A stretch of 64,000 bases of DNA from Fibrobacterota bacterium (GTDB taxonomy: Bacteria; Fibrobacterota; Fibrobacteria; UBA11236), in assembly GCA_043753995.1 (NCBI GenBank), contig JAYUVP010000249.1, positions 39,684-103,683 on the forward strand, in the 5' to 3' direction. The notes beneath the pieces are model-generated. The model saw only the letters and a list, made by a program, of their open reading frames with translations. It searched no databases and was not told where the DNA came from. The translations under genes were made by a program, and so were the position numbers. Position 1 is the stretch's first letter, and the number at the start of each line of letters is the position of its first letter. Of the stretch, positions 18,490-28,900 are shown one piece after another.

Positions 18490-21400
18490 TTAATTCGGCG
18501 GGGTTCCCCATTTGAACCAGGCATTCAAGGTGGCCAGTTCGGTGGGAGTGAGTTGCACACCCGAAGCGGGCATATATCCTGCGGATAGGAATGGACGATT
18601 GATGCGATCGTAAACCTTGCTTCGCGTCAAGGAGTCGGCGACAGTCGTGGAATCGCAAACCGCGGTGGCGTTCACCTTCCCGGGCCCGTGGCATGTCAGG
18701 CAGTAGGTGTTTAGAACGGTGGAAACGCCGGAGTTAAAAGGCGGCAAAACCGTATTGCGAGCCAAGGCATGAATAGGCCCGTCCGTGGCGGTGGCCGTGA
18801 TGGTTGTCGTGCCGGTGATCATTTTCAAGACTTGAACTTGGGTGGAGCTCACCACTTTCAAAACCGCAGGATTGCTGCTGGTCAAGGCATAGGTCTTGAG
18901 CGTGGTGGAATCTGGCGCGAAAACCGCTGTGCTTTGCACCGTCGTTCCCACCACGAGCCGTGGCAGGGTTAGGGCGATTCCCGTAGCCACCACATTCCCC
19001 ACGGTTACATTGAAATTCGCTGTTTTCGCCCCGTCGGTCGAAGTCACGCGCCATACCGAATTCCCCGCCGCTGTTCCCGATAATTGAGTTGTTCCTACCA
19101 GAGTGGCACCTGTACCTGACACCAAGGAAAGGGTATAGCCCTTATTTGTCGCCGATGACGGCGTCCAGGATAAAGTTGGCGCCTTGGTACTGCCAACAAA
19201 AAGGCTGAGGTTAGCCGCGCTCACGCTCTGCACCGGGACCGGGCCCACGACCACGGTGAAGGTGTCCTTGACCGTGGGATTTTGCACCGAAGTCGCGACA
19301 ATCTTCACCGAGCCCAATGCGGATGCCGTCACCTTGCCTCCGGGCAAAACCGTGACGCCCAAGCCCAAGGAGGTGAGGGTATAGCTCTTACTCGTCGCCT
19401 CCTCAGGAAAGGCGCCTACCTGTGGAATCACGGTGTCGCCGACTTGAAAGGAAGTGTCTGCTCCGACCAAGCTGTCGACGGGCCACGGAATCACGGTCAC
19501 TTTAAAGGACTTGGATTTCGCTCCTTCTTCGGTGGTCAATCCGACATTGGCCGATCCCACGTAGGCGCCATGAATTCGAATACCCGTGGGCGTGGTCACT
19601 GTGGTATCGAAGGAAACCAAGCTATAGCCCTTATTGCTCGCATCCCCCGGCGCAAAAGTCACCTTGGGGAATTTCGTGTCGCCAAGCCTCACCGTGTCTT
19701 CCGCCACCGTCACGTTTTGCAAGGGGACGAAATGGGCATTGAGCCAGCCCAGTAAAATGCCCAGCTGGCTGGGAGTCAAGTCGCCTTCAGCCGGCATGCG
19801 ATCCTTGTCGGTTTTCGCGAGTTGCAAGCGCCGTAGCGATTCCGCGCCCTTGATCAAGAAAACGCTGGAGTCTTGCAAGTTGAAAGTAATGGTGGGGCTA
19901 TGGCATTTGCCGCATTTCTCGGTGGTGATGGGCTTAACATGCGCGTCGAATTGCGGCGTCACGGCCATAGCGGTGAAGGTGGCCGTCTTGTCTCCATCTT
20001 CGGCGCGCACCGTGATTTTTGCCGAGCCCAATACCCCGGCCACCAGGCGATTGCCGACCGGTTTGATGGCGGCGCTATTGTCGCTTTCCAAGGTGTAATT
20101 CTTATTGGTGGCGTCATTCGGTAAGAAGACCACTCTGGGCGTGATGGTGTCGCCGAGGGCGATGGCGGTGTCCTTGGCAGAGAGGCTAAGCACCGTTTTC
20201 ACATTGCGGCCCAACCAGAGCAGCATCAAATCGAGATCGCGCTTGTCCATGGTGGTGTCGGCAGGCATATGCGCCGTGTTTCCGAAAGGCAAGGACAATC
20301 GCGCGAGGGCCTTGCTTCCACGGCCGACGAGTACAGCCGAGTCCTGCAGATTGAAGGTAATGGTGGGGCTATGGCATTTGCCACACCACTTCTTGGAAAT
20401 GGGTTGTATATCGGCAAAGGTTGGGCCTCGTACGGTCACCGTAAAGGTGTCCTTTGCTCCGCCGGCAGTTGCGGTAACCGTCACCTGCGCCGAGCCTTCG
20501 GCGCGCAAGGCGAGGCGCTTGCCGACGACACGGACTCGGGTGGTATCATCGCTTGCTATTTCAAATTCGCGCTCGGTGGCATTGGAAGGCATGAAGACGA
20601 TGTTCGGTGTAAGGGTGTCATAAAGCAAACCCGTGGTGTCCACCGCGTCCAGCGCAGTCGGGGCGATGCTCTTGTCGCTAATCGAGAATGAGAAGGTGGC
20701 CTTGGCGCTGCCACGGTTGGCCTGCACCGTCACCTGGGTGCTACCTGCGGCGAGAGCGACGAGGCGAAGCCCGCTCAGCACCTTGGCCTTGGTGGTGTCC
20801 GCTACGATCAATTGCACGCCCTTGTCGGTGGCGCCGTCAGGCTCCAAGGTCGGCGTGACTGTCACGGTATCACCGGTTTTGGCGCCGAGATTCGATACCG
20901 AGATGGAGCTAAGCAAGATCACCTTTTCGGTGATGGTCACTGAGAAAGACATACGGGCCGTGTCGCGATGGGCTCGCACTTCGATAGTGACCTTGCCCGT
21001 ATCACGGCATAGCACGGCATGGCCGCGCGTTCCCGCGCGCAAGGTGTCGACGGCATGCAGGCTGTATTCCTTGTCGGCGGCGGTGTCGGGACGCACGGTC
21101 ACCCGGGCATTCACCGTGTCTCCCGCCTGGCAGTCCAGATCTTCGGCTGTCAGTCGCGTGCGCGCCCTGTCTACCTGCGCCAAGCTGTCTTGATGCGCGA
21201 CACTATCGGCGAGGATGACGCTGTCCTTGCGGGCCTTGACGTCCACCACGGCGCTGTCGCGCTTCTGTCCTTTTTCGGCATAGTCGAAGCGCTTTTCAAA
21301 GGCCACGGCATTGTCTTTCAGCCCCGTGATGACGGCCGAAAAATTGGGCGACACGTTTTCGGGCAAATCGAATTGCACCGTGCTCTGGCCCGGCTTCAAA

Positions 21401-21597
21401 ACAAAGGTTTTGCTGAACAGGGTTTTGCCCGTGTCGAGTCCCTTAGGATAAAGCGAAACCTTCACGCTGTCGAATTTCCCCACCAGAGTGGAATCGAGCT
21501 GGAATTGCAATTCGGTTTTTTCCTTGGGATTGCTCAGGCAGGAAAATAGCCCGAGCAAGACAAAGCCGAGAAGCGAAAGGGAAAGCAGGGTTTTCAT
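18490..21597 (-). CDS. Giant surface lipoprotein with multiple Big_2-type Ig-like domains and three embedded CxxCH (PSCyt1-like cytochrome c) modules
   Basis: True start MKTLLSLSLLGFVLLGLFSC (lipobox) at 21597 overlaps the stop of the upstream gene (TAATG). Repeated Big_2-like segments (for example TLESDNSAAIKPVGNRLVAGVLGSAKITV). WCGKCHSPTITFNLQDS occurs twice, plus CLTCHGPG near the C-terminus, each followed ~40 aa later by MP...W, matching the PSCyt1 pattern. Confidence 0.6.
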   Translation of the reverse strand: MKTLLSLSLLGFVLLGLFSCLSNPKEKTELQFQLDSTLVGKFDSVKVSLYPKGLDTGKTLFSKTFVLKPGQSTVQFDLPENVSPNFSAVITGLKDNAVAFEKRFDYAEKGQKRDSAVVDVKARKDSVILADSVAHQDSLAQVDRARTRLTAEDLDCQAGDTVNARVTVRPDTAADKEYSLHAVDTLRAGTRGHAVLCRDTGKVTIEVRAHRDTARMSFSVTITEKVILLSSISVSNLGAKTGDTVTVTPTLEPDGATDKGVQLIVADTTKAKVLSGLRLVALAAGSTQVTVQANRGSAKATFSFSISDKSIAPTALDAVDTTGLLYDTLTPNIVFMPSNATEREFEIASDDTTRVRVVGKRLALRAEGSAQVTVTATAGGAKDTFTVTVRGPTFADIQPISKKWCGKCHSPTITFNLQDSAVLVGRGSKALARLSLPFGNTAHMPADTTMDKRDLDLMLLWLGRNVKTVLSLSAKDTAIALGDTITPRVVFLPNDATNKNYTLESDNSAAIKPVGNRLVAGVLGSAKITVRAEDGDKTATFTAMAVTPQFDAHVKPITTEKCGKCHSPTITFNLQDSSVFLIKGAESLRRLQLAKTDKDRMPAEGDLTPSQLGILLGWLNAHFVPLQNVTVAEDTVRLGDTKFPKVTFAPGDASNKGYSLVSFDTTVTTPTGIRIHGAYVGSANVGLTTEEGAKSKSFKVTVIPWPVDSLVGADTSFQVGDTVIPQVGAFPEEATSKSYTLTSLGLGVTVLPGGKVTASALGSVKIVATSVQNPTVKDTFTVVVGPVPVQSVSAANLSLFVGSTKAPTLSWTPSSATNKGYTLSLVSGTGATLVGTTQLSGTAAGNSVWRVTSTDGAKTANFNVTVGNVVATGIALTLPRLVVGTTVQSTAVFAPDSTTLKTYALTSSNPAVLKVVSSTQVQVLKMITGTTTITATATDGPIHALARNTVLPPFNSGVSTVLNTYCLTCHGPGKVNATAVCDSTTVADSLTRSKVYDRINRPFLSAGYMPASGVQLTPTELATLNAWFKWGTPPN

Positions 21598-22418
21598 TAT
21601 TTCACCTTGGTCACGACGGTCGTCGTTTGCGTGCCGGGATCGCTCATGAGCATAATGGTGGTGATGCCGACTAGAGTCACCGCAGCTGCACCTCCCGCCA
21701 CCCACAGCCAGGTTTTATTGCCTTTGCCGTCGCCGGAGGTCGCAGCGGCGTTACCCCCCGCCTGAGATGCCGGATCCGAGGTCTTGGCACCTGCCGACCC
21801 AATAACCGCATTAGCTCCCGTGTCAGGCCTCACCTCGATGAGATTACGCCCGGTCGAGTCAATGGGATAGCCGAAAGTCTTCAAGTTCTTGCGTACGCGC
21901 TCGCGCTCGGCCACGCTATCGCTGTCGCTGGCGGTGCGATCATAACGCTTGCGCACCTCACGAAACATGTCCAGAATGGCATCACCCACTTCGAGGTCTT
22001 CCAAATCTTGGCGCGGATCGAGCTTAAGCATTTGATACAGAAAAGATTCTGCCTTGCGACGCGTTCCCATGTCGGCGCCATACACCACACCGAGGTATTT
22101 ATAGATGAAAATGCTGTCTTCCTTGTCGCGAATGCGGCGATCGCGGCGCATGTTTTCCAAAAGGGCGATGAGTTGATCGAAGTCGCCGCCATGATAAAGC
22201 TCTTCCACCGTTTTTTTATCGAGCACGGCTGATTTTTTCAACTTGGTCGCCGAGGTTTTCGCGGGCGACGCAGCGGGGGTGGCCTTGGTCGTGTTCGTTG
22301 AGTTCGCGGTCGTAGTTGCGGGCGTGGCTTTTTCGGGTTGCGGCGTTGCCGACCATGAAGTCATGACCCCAAAAACCGTAAGCGCGAGAAACCCGGCCAA
22401 GGTGCTGAAAAACCTCAT
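21597..22418 (-). CDS. Hypothetical secreted, C-terminally membrane-anchored protein with TPR-like core (module A small subunit)
   Basis: Signal peptide MRFFSTLAGFLALTVFGVMTSWSA, then a Thr/Ala/Pro-rich linker, a conserved core (DSIFIYKYLGVVYGADMGTRRKAESFLYQMLKLDPRQDLEDL) and a C-terminal TM helix (WLWVAGGAAAVTLVGITTIML). Paralogue of 25268..25936. Confidence 0.5.
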   Translation of the reverse strand: MRFFSTLAGFLALTVFGVMTSWSATPQPEKATPATTTANSTNTTKATPAASPAKTSATKLKKSAVLDKKTVEELYHGGDFDQLIALLENMRRDRRIRDKEDSIFIYKYLGVVYGADMGTRRKAESFLYQMLKLDPRQDLEDLEVGDAILDMFREVRKRYDRTASDSDSVAERERVRKNLKTFGYPIDSTGRNLIEVRPDTGANAVIGSAGAKTSDPASQAGGNAAATSGDGKGNKTWLWVAGGAAAVTLVGITTIMLMSDPGTQTTTVVTKVK

Positions 22419-22582
22419 GTGTACACCCCTTTTCACTACGCAAAGGTATCAAAGCGATTCGAACGGCTTCAAAGCATGATACACTTGCGGGGGTGGCTTC
22501 TGCCTCCCCCGGCTTGGCCCGCAAATATCTCCAAGCCCGGTCGGCCTCGCCTTCCCCACCGGCGACCTACCTTTGCCTGCCT

Positions 22583-25150
22583 ATGTTCTCGCCAAATTCA
22601 AATGCGAAGCCCCGCCCCGAAGTGCTGGCTCCCGTCGCCAGCATGGAAATGGCTCAGGCCGCGGTGCAAAACGGCGCGAATGCCATCTATGTGGGCTTTC
22701 CCGGTTTCAATGCGCGGGGCCGCACGCCGGATTTGGATCCCACGGCTTATGCGGAATTGGCCCAGCTCTGCCGCTTTCACGGGGTCAAGGTTTATGTGGC
22801 CCTCAATGTGCTCGTTTTTGAAGACGAGCTCGCCTCCCTCCTCGACACGGCCCGCACCCTCATCGCCTTGGGCATCGATGCCTTCATCGTGCAGGATTTG
22901 GGGGTCGCGCGCCTGTTACGTCGCCTGCATCCGGGCGTGCGCTTGCATGCTTCGACGCAAATGACGGTGACGGCTCCCGAGGCGGTGGCCTTGACCGAGG
23001 ATTTGCATCTGGCGCGATATGTCCTAGCGCGCGAGCTTTCCCTGCAAGACATCGAAGCGGTGCGCCTTGGCACCGATAAAGAGCTGGAAGTCTTCGTGCA
23101 CGGGGCCTTATGCGTTTCCTATTCCGGGCAATGCCTCACTTCCGAAAGCTTCGGAGGACGGTCGGCCAATCGCGGCCAATGCGCGCAAAGCTGCCGGCTC
23201 GACTATGATTTGCTCGTCGACGGAGAAAAGCGAGATTTAGGCGAGAAGCGCTACTTGGTTTCCCCGCAAGATCTCTGCGGCCTCGACGAAGTGCCGGCTC
23301 TCGCCGAATTGGGTGTGAATAGCCTCAAAATCGAAGGCCGCCTCAAGACTCCCGCTTATGTGGCCGCCGCCTCCAAAGCCTATCAAGAGGCCGTGCAGCG
23401 GGCCATGCCTGCGAAGAGCGAGGACGGCATTCCCACCGTCGATGCCTTGTCCGCCAAGGAAGCTCGGCGTGATTTGGCCGTTACTTATTCGCGCGGCTTT
23501 TTCTCAGGTTGGCTTCACGGCGTGGATCATCAAGCCTTGGTACCCGCTACCTTCAGCCATCATCGCGGCCTAGCCCTGGGGCCGGTGCTTCGGCGCGAAG
23601 GCGATGCCGTGCTGGTGGCCGGGCCGCGCCGGCCGCAGCGTGGCGATGGCGTTTTATTCGTGGCCACCGAAGGCATGCCTTCGGATGACGGCGTGGCGGG
23701 CCGGGTTTATGAGGTCGAGTTCGCCCGCGAGGGGAATTGGCTGCGCTTCGACCGTAACTTACCCGTGACGCGCATCGAGGCCGGCTGGGTAGCCTATCTC
23801 AATGATTCTCCGGCCTTAGAGCATGATCTTACCGCCTCCTGGCGGGATCGCGAAACCCAGACCCGAGTCCCAGTCATTGCCGCCGTGCAAGCCATTCCCG
23901 GCGAGCCCTTGCGCCTCACTCTCGACGATGGTCTCCGGCAAGTGACGGTGACGGGCGAGGAACCCCTCCTGCCCGCGCGCAATGCCCCGCTCGATGCCGG
24001 GCAATTAAACGAAGAGCTGGAGCGCATGCAAGGCGAGGGCTTTCAGCTCGAAAGCCTCGACGCCCACATCGCCGGGCCCGTTTTCCTGCACGGCAAGGCC
24101 TTGCGCAAATTGCGCCAAGCCGCTGTCGCCGAATTAAAAGCGGCACGATCCCTGGCCGCTCCTGTGGCGCTGGCCGAGGACGCGGCCGTGCTGTCCTGGA
24201 TGGAAGAACAAGCTGCCGAATTGCGTTCGTCGGCTTCCCTGCCTGCCTACGCCTCCGAGCCTGCACCCACCGCGGCCCCCCGCCTTCATGTGTTGCTGCG
24301 CGAAATCGCCCAGGTCGAAGCCCTGACGCGCTTGGCGGAGAGCGGCGTGCATACGGTTTATCTCGATTTCGAATATGGGCGCGACTATAAACCCGCCCTC
24401 GAAGCCTTGCGCGGCGCGGGAATTCGAGCGGCCTTGGCCACCACGCGCATCATGAAGCCGCTGGAAAAGCACAATCTCACCGTCATCGAAAAACTGCGCC
24501 CTGACGCTGTGCTAGTGCGCAACTTGGCAGCCTTGCAGGCCCTGCGTGCCACGGGACTACCCCTGATCGGCGACTTCAGCCTCAATGCCGCCAATAGCCT
24601 CACCTCGGGGTATTTGCTCGGCAAGGGTTTGCATCGATTGACGCCGAGCTACGATCTCAATCAGGCCCAATTGCTGGACTTGATCGGCGCGGCGGGGGGA
24701 CGTCACTTCGAAGTGACGGTGCATCAATTCTTGCCCGCCTTTCACATGGAGCATTGCGTTTTCGCGGCCTTCCTGAGCCAGGGGCATAGCTTTCGCGATT
24801 GCGGCAAGCCTTGCGAACGCCATCGCCTGGCTTTGCGCGATCATACCGGCGCCGAGCACCCCGTCAAGGCCGATCAAGAATGCCGCAATACCATGTTTCA
24901 TGGCCAACCGCAATCGAGCGCGCGCCTGGTGCCCCAGCTTTTGGCTGCCGGCGTGCGCGACTACCGCGTGGAATTGCTATGGGAAGGACCGGCCGAAATG
25001 GTACGGACCCTGGGGCTTTATCGCGACCTGCTGACCTCGGCTCGACCCGCCGCCGAGGTTTACGCCGAATTGCGCGTGGGCGAGCGCTATGGCGTGAGTG
25101 AAGGTCAATTACACCAAACTTCGGTATGGAAAGACCGGAAAAAGAAATAG
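22583..25150 (+). CDS. Peptidase U32 family protein with two tandem U32 domains (collagenase/PrtC/RlhA-like)
   Basis: First domain: PEVLAPVASMEMAQAAVQNGANAIYVGFPGFNARG...VFVHGALCVSYSGQCLTSESFGGRSANRGQCAQSCR. A second, U32-like half follows (VYLDFEY...HMEHCVFAAFLSQGHSFRDCGKPCERH). The listed ORF start (22493) is probably an N-terminal extension. Confidence 0.8.
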   Translation: MFSPNSNAKPRPEVLAPVASMEMAQAAVQNGANAIYVGFPGFNARGRTPDLDPTAYAELAQLCRFHGVKVYVALNVLVFEDELASLLDTARTLIALGIDAFIVQDLGVARLLRRLHPGVRLHASTQMTVTAPEAVALTEDLHLARYVLARELSLQDIEAVRLGTDKELEVFVHGALCVSYSGQCLTSESFGGRSANRGQCAQSCRLDYDLLVDGEKRDLGEKRYLVSPQDLCGLDEVPALAELGVNSLKIEGRLKTPAYVAAASKAYQEAVQRAMPAKSEDGIPTVDALSAKEARRDLAVTYSRGFFSGWLHGVDHQALVPATFSHHRGLALGPVLRREGDAVLVAGPRRPQRGDGVLFVATEGMPSDDGVAGRVYEVEFAREGNWLRFDRNLPVTRIEAGWVAYLNDSPALEHDLTASWRDRETQTRVPVIAAVQAIPGEPLRLTLDDGLRQVTVTGEEPLLPARNAPLDAGQLNEELERMQGEGFQLESLDAHIAGPVFLHGKALRKLRQAAVAELKAARSLAAPVALAEDAAVLSWMEEQAAELRSSASLPAYASEPAPTAAPRLHVLLREIAQVEALTRLAESGVHTVYLDFEYGRDYKPALEALRGAGIRAALATTRIMKPLEKHNLTVIEKLRPDAVLVRNLAALQALRATGLPLIGDFSLNAANSLTSGYLLGKGLHRLTPSYDLNQAQLLDLIGAAGGRHFEVTVHQFLPAFHMEHCVFAAFLSQGHSFRDCGKPCERHRLALRDHTGAEHPVKADQECRNTMFHGQPQSSARLVPQLLAAGVRDYRVELLWEGPAEMVRTLGLYRDLLTSARPAAEVYAELRVGERYGVSEGQLHQTSVWKDRKKK

Positions 25151-25267
25151 CGGGAAGGAGATCACCTTTTTTCTTCTCAAATGTCAAAAGGGGATGTCCG
25201 TGTACACCCCGCAAATCGGCCCGAAATGGCTATCTCCAGGGCCTCGCCTTAGGTGGAGACTTAATAC

Positions 25268-25936
25268 ATGTCTAGTCCTATTTCCCCCGTTTCTGTCCTG
25301 CTCTTTGCCCTTGGCTTGCCCGTATTCGGTGCAGCTCCCCAGCCATCCTCGGCGACGACTTCGGCACCGATGGCGAAAACCACCTCGTCCCCGAGTGTCT
25401 TAGATACCGCGGTGATTCATGGCGCCTATGCCGACGGCGATTTCGAAAAGGTGACGAGTTCGCTAGAGCCCATACTCGCCGCGAAAACCGTTTTGCCCAA
25501 GGCCGACAGCATTTTTCTTTTTCGCCACCTGGGCGTGATTTATGCCAAAGACCCAGGCACGCGCGAAAAGGGGAAATACTGCTTTCGCAAATTGCTCGAT
25601 GTCGATCCGCAAGCGCAAATTCTCGATCTCTATGCCACCGATGAGATCTATCAGGTCTTTCGCACCGTCCAGGCCGAATGGGACTTGTCTCATCCCAATG
25701 CCCAAAATCAAGCCGCCTCCTCCTCCAATCGCGTCTCCGCCGCTCCTGCTCCAGTCATGGAGCCCGCCGCTCCCCCTGCGGCCAAGCCCGCGAAGACGCA
25801 ATCCTGGAAACGCTATGCCGCCGTGGGCGGAGCCGTTGCTGTCACCGCCGGGTTAACCACCTGGTATTTGCTTTCTTCCCAAAAAGCCGACAACAAAACC
25901 GTGACTGTGGAAGTCGATCCCGCCCAGCCGAAATGA
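25268..25936 (+). CDS. Hypothetical secreted, C-terminally membrane-anchored protein with TPR-like core (module B small subunit)
   Basis: Signal peptide MSSPISPVSVLLFALGLPVFGAAP. Core DSIFLFRHLGVIYAKDPGTREKGKYCFRKLLDVDPQAQILDL is homologous to 21597..22418. C-terminal TM helix (YAAVGGAVAVTAGLTTWYLL). Confidence 0.5.
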   Translation: MSSPISPVSVLLFALGLPVFGAAPQPSSATTSAPMAKTTSSPSVLDTAVIHGAYADGDFEKVTSSLEPILAAKTVLPKADSIFLFRHLGVIYAKDPGTREKGKYCFRKLLDVDPQAQILDLYATDEIYQVFRTVQAEWDLSHPNAQNQAASSSNRVSAAPAPVMEPAAPPAAKPAKTQSWKRYAAVGGAVAVTAGLTTWYLLSSQKADNKTVTVEVDPAQPK

Positions 25937-28900
25937 ATAACATGAAAAAACTCTGTTTGCCCCAGTTTTTACGCCGCGCTGGCCTGCTCACGGGCATGGC
26001 TTTCGGTTTTGCCTTGCTGGCTTCTTTCGCCTTATTGCCCACCGCCTGCACCAGCACCGAGGGTGGCACTGATTTCGAAATTGCCTATGTCGATCGAGAT
26101 AATCTCACGTCTTTCGACTCCATTGTCGTGCTTCTCAATAAGGAGGGCTCCGAAAAGCCGGACACCCTTTTCAAGGGCAAGCTCACCGACAGCACGGTCT
26201 TGCGTCACTTGAAAGTTCCTGGTAACTTGCAAGGTACGGTGACTATTTCCGTGCAGGGCTTCAATCATGGCGAACTCGCCTTGGAACGCCATACCACGGT
26301 CGACGCGGACAAGCAAACCGTCGCCGGCACCGATTTGAAGCACAGCTCCCAAGGTCGCATTCGCTTCGCCGAACCTTCCCTGAAAATGAAAATCGGCGAT
26401 ACCGCTGCCATTCCAGCATTGGATATCGAGCCCTCCGAATGGAAAGACAAGGAAGTCACCTTCAGCTTTCAGGAAATCAAGGTGCTCGCTCTCATCGCCA
26501 AGAACAAGCTCGTGGGTTTAGCCCGCGGATCGGCGCGCGTGGTGGCCACCCTCGTCGGCGATAGCACCGTCACCGACACCCTTTTCGTGCAAGTCGTTGA
26601 TCCCGAGGCCGATAAAATCACCGTCCGCGTCTCGCCTGACACCTTGCGTCTCACCGCATTGGGCGCCTCGCTTTCCCTCAATGCCGAAACAACGCCTCTC
26701 TACTCGCCTCTCACCTGGAGTAGCGCCGATGATACTGTGGCCACCGTCGATGCCAATGGCTTGGTGCGTGGTTTGAAGGTCGGCAAGACTTGGGTTCGTG
26801 CCCGTTCTACTACCGACAGCTCCGGCGCGGACTCGTCTTGGGTCGTCGTATCGGGAGCCGTGCCAGTGGAAAGTGTCCGTTTCGCCCGCTCCACCCTCAG
26901 CTTATTCGAGGGCGGCGCGGCCGACAGCGTCAGCGTTCAAGTGCTCCCGACCGACGCCAATCCCGCGACTGGCCTGCGTCTCATCGGCAAGGCCGTGACG
27001 CTCAATGGCCGCCGCTTCATTCCCGTCGATACGGGATCCGCCATCGCCATCGCTTATTCCCTGGTGGACACGACCAAGACCGACACCTTGCGCATCAGCG
27101 TGAAGCAAGCCTTGACCATTCAATCCTTCCGGATTAAGCCGGACACCTTGCGTCTCTATCTCGGCGGGCCGGATAGCGCTTTCTCCATAGTTGTCGATCC
27201 TGCCTCGGCGGGCCTGGACGCGGTATGGCATTTGGCCAAGCTTGGCATTGCCAGAGTTTCCGATTCTGGCTTGGTGAAAGCCATTGGCGAAGGCCAGGTT
27301 TTAGTCTTGGCCCAAGCCCTCGCCGACAGTAGCAAGCGCGATACCTCCCTGATTCAAGTCGTGCGCGATATGCCCAAGCTCTCCGTGGGCAATGCCGTGG
27401 TGGCCAGCCCGGAATCCACGATCGATTTCGTGCCCAAGGTCGAGCAAGAATTCGGCGGGGTGACTCGGTTCTGGTGGGATCTCGATGGCAATGGCACTTG
27501 GGACGACAGCAGCGATGGCCTTAAAAACCTGAGCCGCAAATATGACGCCGTTGGCGAAACCACGACGCATTTCAAGGTGCGCGATGCCGAAGGCAATGAG
27601 GGAATGGCCGATCGCAAGGTGACCATTACCAAGGGGCCCCATGTAGTCATCCTGGTTCCTCCGGACGGCTTTGTCACCAATAAGAAAACCGTCGAGGTGA
27701 ATTGGGAAGTCGACCATGTCAAGCAAGACAAGCAAACTCAAGAGCAATTGACCCAAGAGGGCCCCAAGACTTTGGTGCGCTCCGCCAAGGATGCCAATGG
27801 CAATGAAACCGTCATTTCCATCACGGTATTTCTTGATACCAAGGCGCCCGAGCGACCCCTGGTGAGTTCGGTGTCGCCCACCAATAGCAAAACGCCGAAC
27901 TTCAGCTGGCGCAGCGGCGGCGGAAAAGGTGCCGGACTCTATCGGTATCAAATCGACGCTGAACCCGGCGCGAACCAAAGCGAAACCGGCGACACCACCT
28001 TGACCTGGCCCGCCGATTTGAATGCGGGCAGCCACACCTTGTTTGTACAGGAGCGCGACACAGCGGGCAATTGGTCGGCTAGCGGCAGCGCCAAGGTCAT
28101 CATCGACTTGACCGCCCCGCCAGCGCCGACGGTAAGTGCCGTCAGCGGCCCGAATAGCACGAATCTCCAGGTGACCTTTGTCTGGAAAGGCGCCGAGGAA
28201 GGTGCCCTGCGCTATCGCTATCAAATCGATAAGGAAAAATTCGAAGGCGGTGCCGTCGAGGTAGGGGACACCACGGTGACGGTGATCTTGACCGAGGGGC
28301 ATCATGCCTTTTATTTGCAGCAGCTCGACAGCGCCGGCAATGCTTCGACGCCGGGCAAGGCTTCGGTGAATGTGGATGTGACGGCCCCCAATAAGCCTTC
28401 CCTGCGTTCGCTCACGGGCGTCTGGTCCACGAATGGCAAACCCACTTGGATTTGGAAAACGGGTGGCGGCGCCGGCAATGGCAAATTCCGCACTCGCCTC
28501 GACACCGCCGACTTGAGCGCTAAGAGCTTTTTCACGGATACGTCCTTCACCCCCGCAGCTGCCATCGGCGAAGGCCCGCATCGACTCTTCGTGCAAGAAA
28601 TGGACAGCGTGGGCAATGTCTCACCTGCCGAATCTCTCACCATCACCGTGGACACCCAGGGGCCTTCAGCTCCGATTTGCCTTGAGCCCGCCGACAATGC
28701 CTGGGTCAATACGCAAAAGCCGACCTGGAAATGGAAAGGCGGCGGGGGCGGTGACGGACGTTATTATGCCTTCATCGCGGCAGCTTATACTCCTGACACC
28801 TCGACCCGGGTCACTGACACCACCCTTACTCCGCCGGCCAATCTCCCCGAAGGCCAAAAAATTCTCGGAGTGAAGGCCTATGATGCCGCAGGCAATGTCT

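Noticed and set aside
18734-21549. About ten 60-190-aa ORFs on both strands inside the 18490..21597 giant gene, and the 27301..28596 (-) 431-aa ORF inside the 25933..30546 gene
   Set aside because: All are embedded in long ORFs with domain-level structure (Big_2 repeats, lipobox). Their translations are low-complexity G/A/R-rich, so they are shadows of a GC-rich coding strand.
25678-25932. N-terminal extension of the giant lipoprotein ORF (listed start 25678), overlapping 25268..25936
   Set aside because: The extension is Arg/Ser/Cys-rich junk that overlaps a paralogue-supported gene. A lipobox signal peptide begins exactly at the ATG (25933) overlapping the upstream stop.
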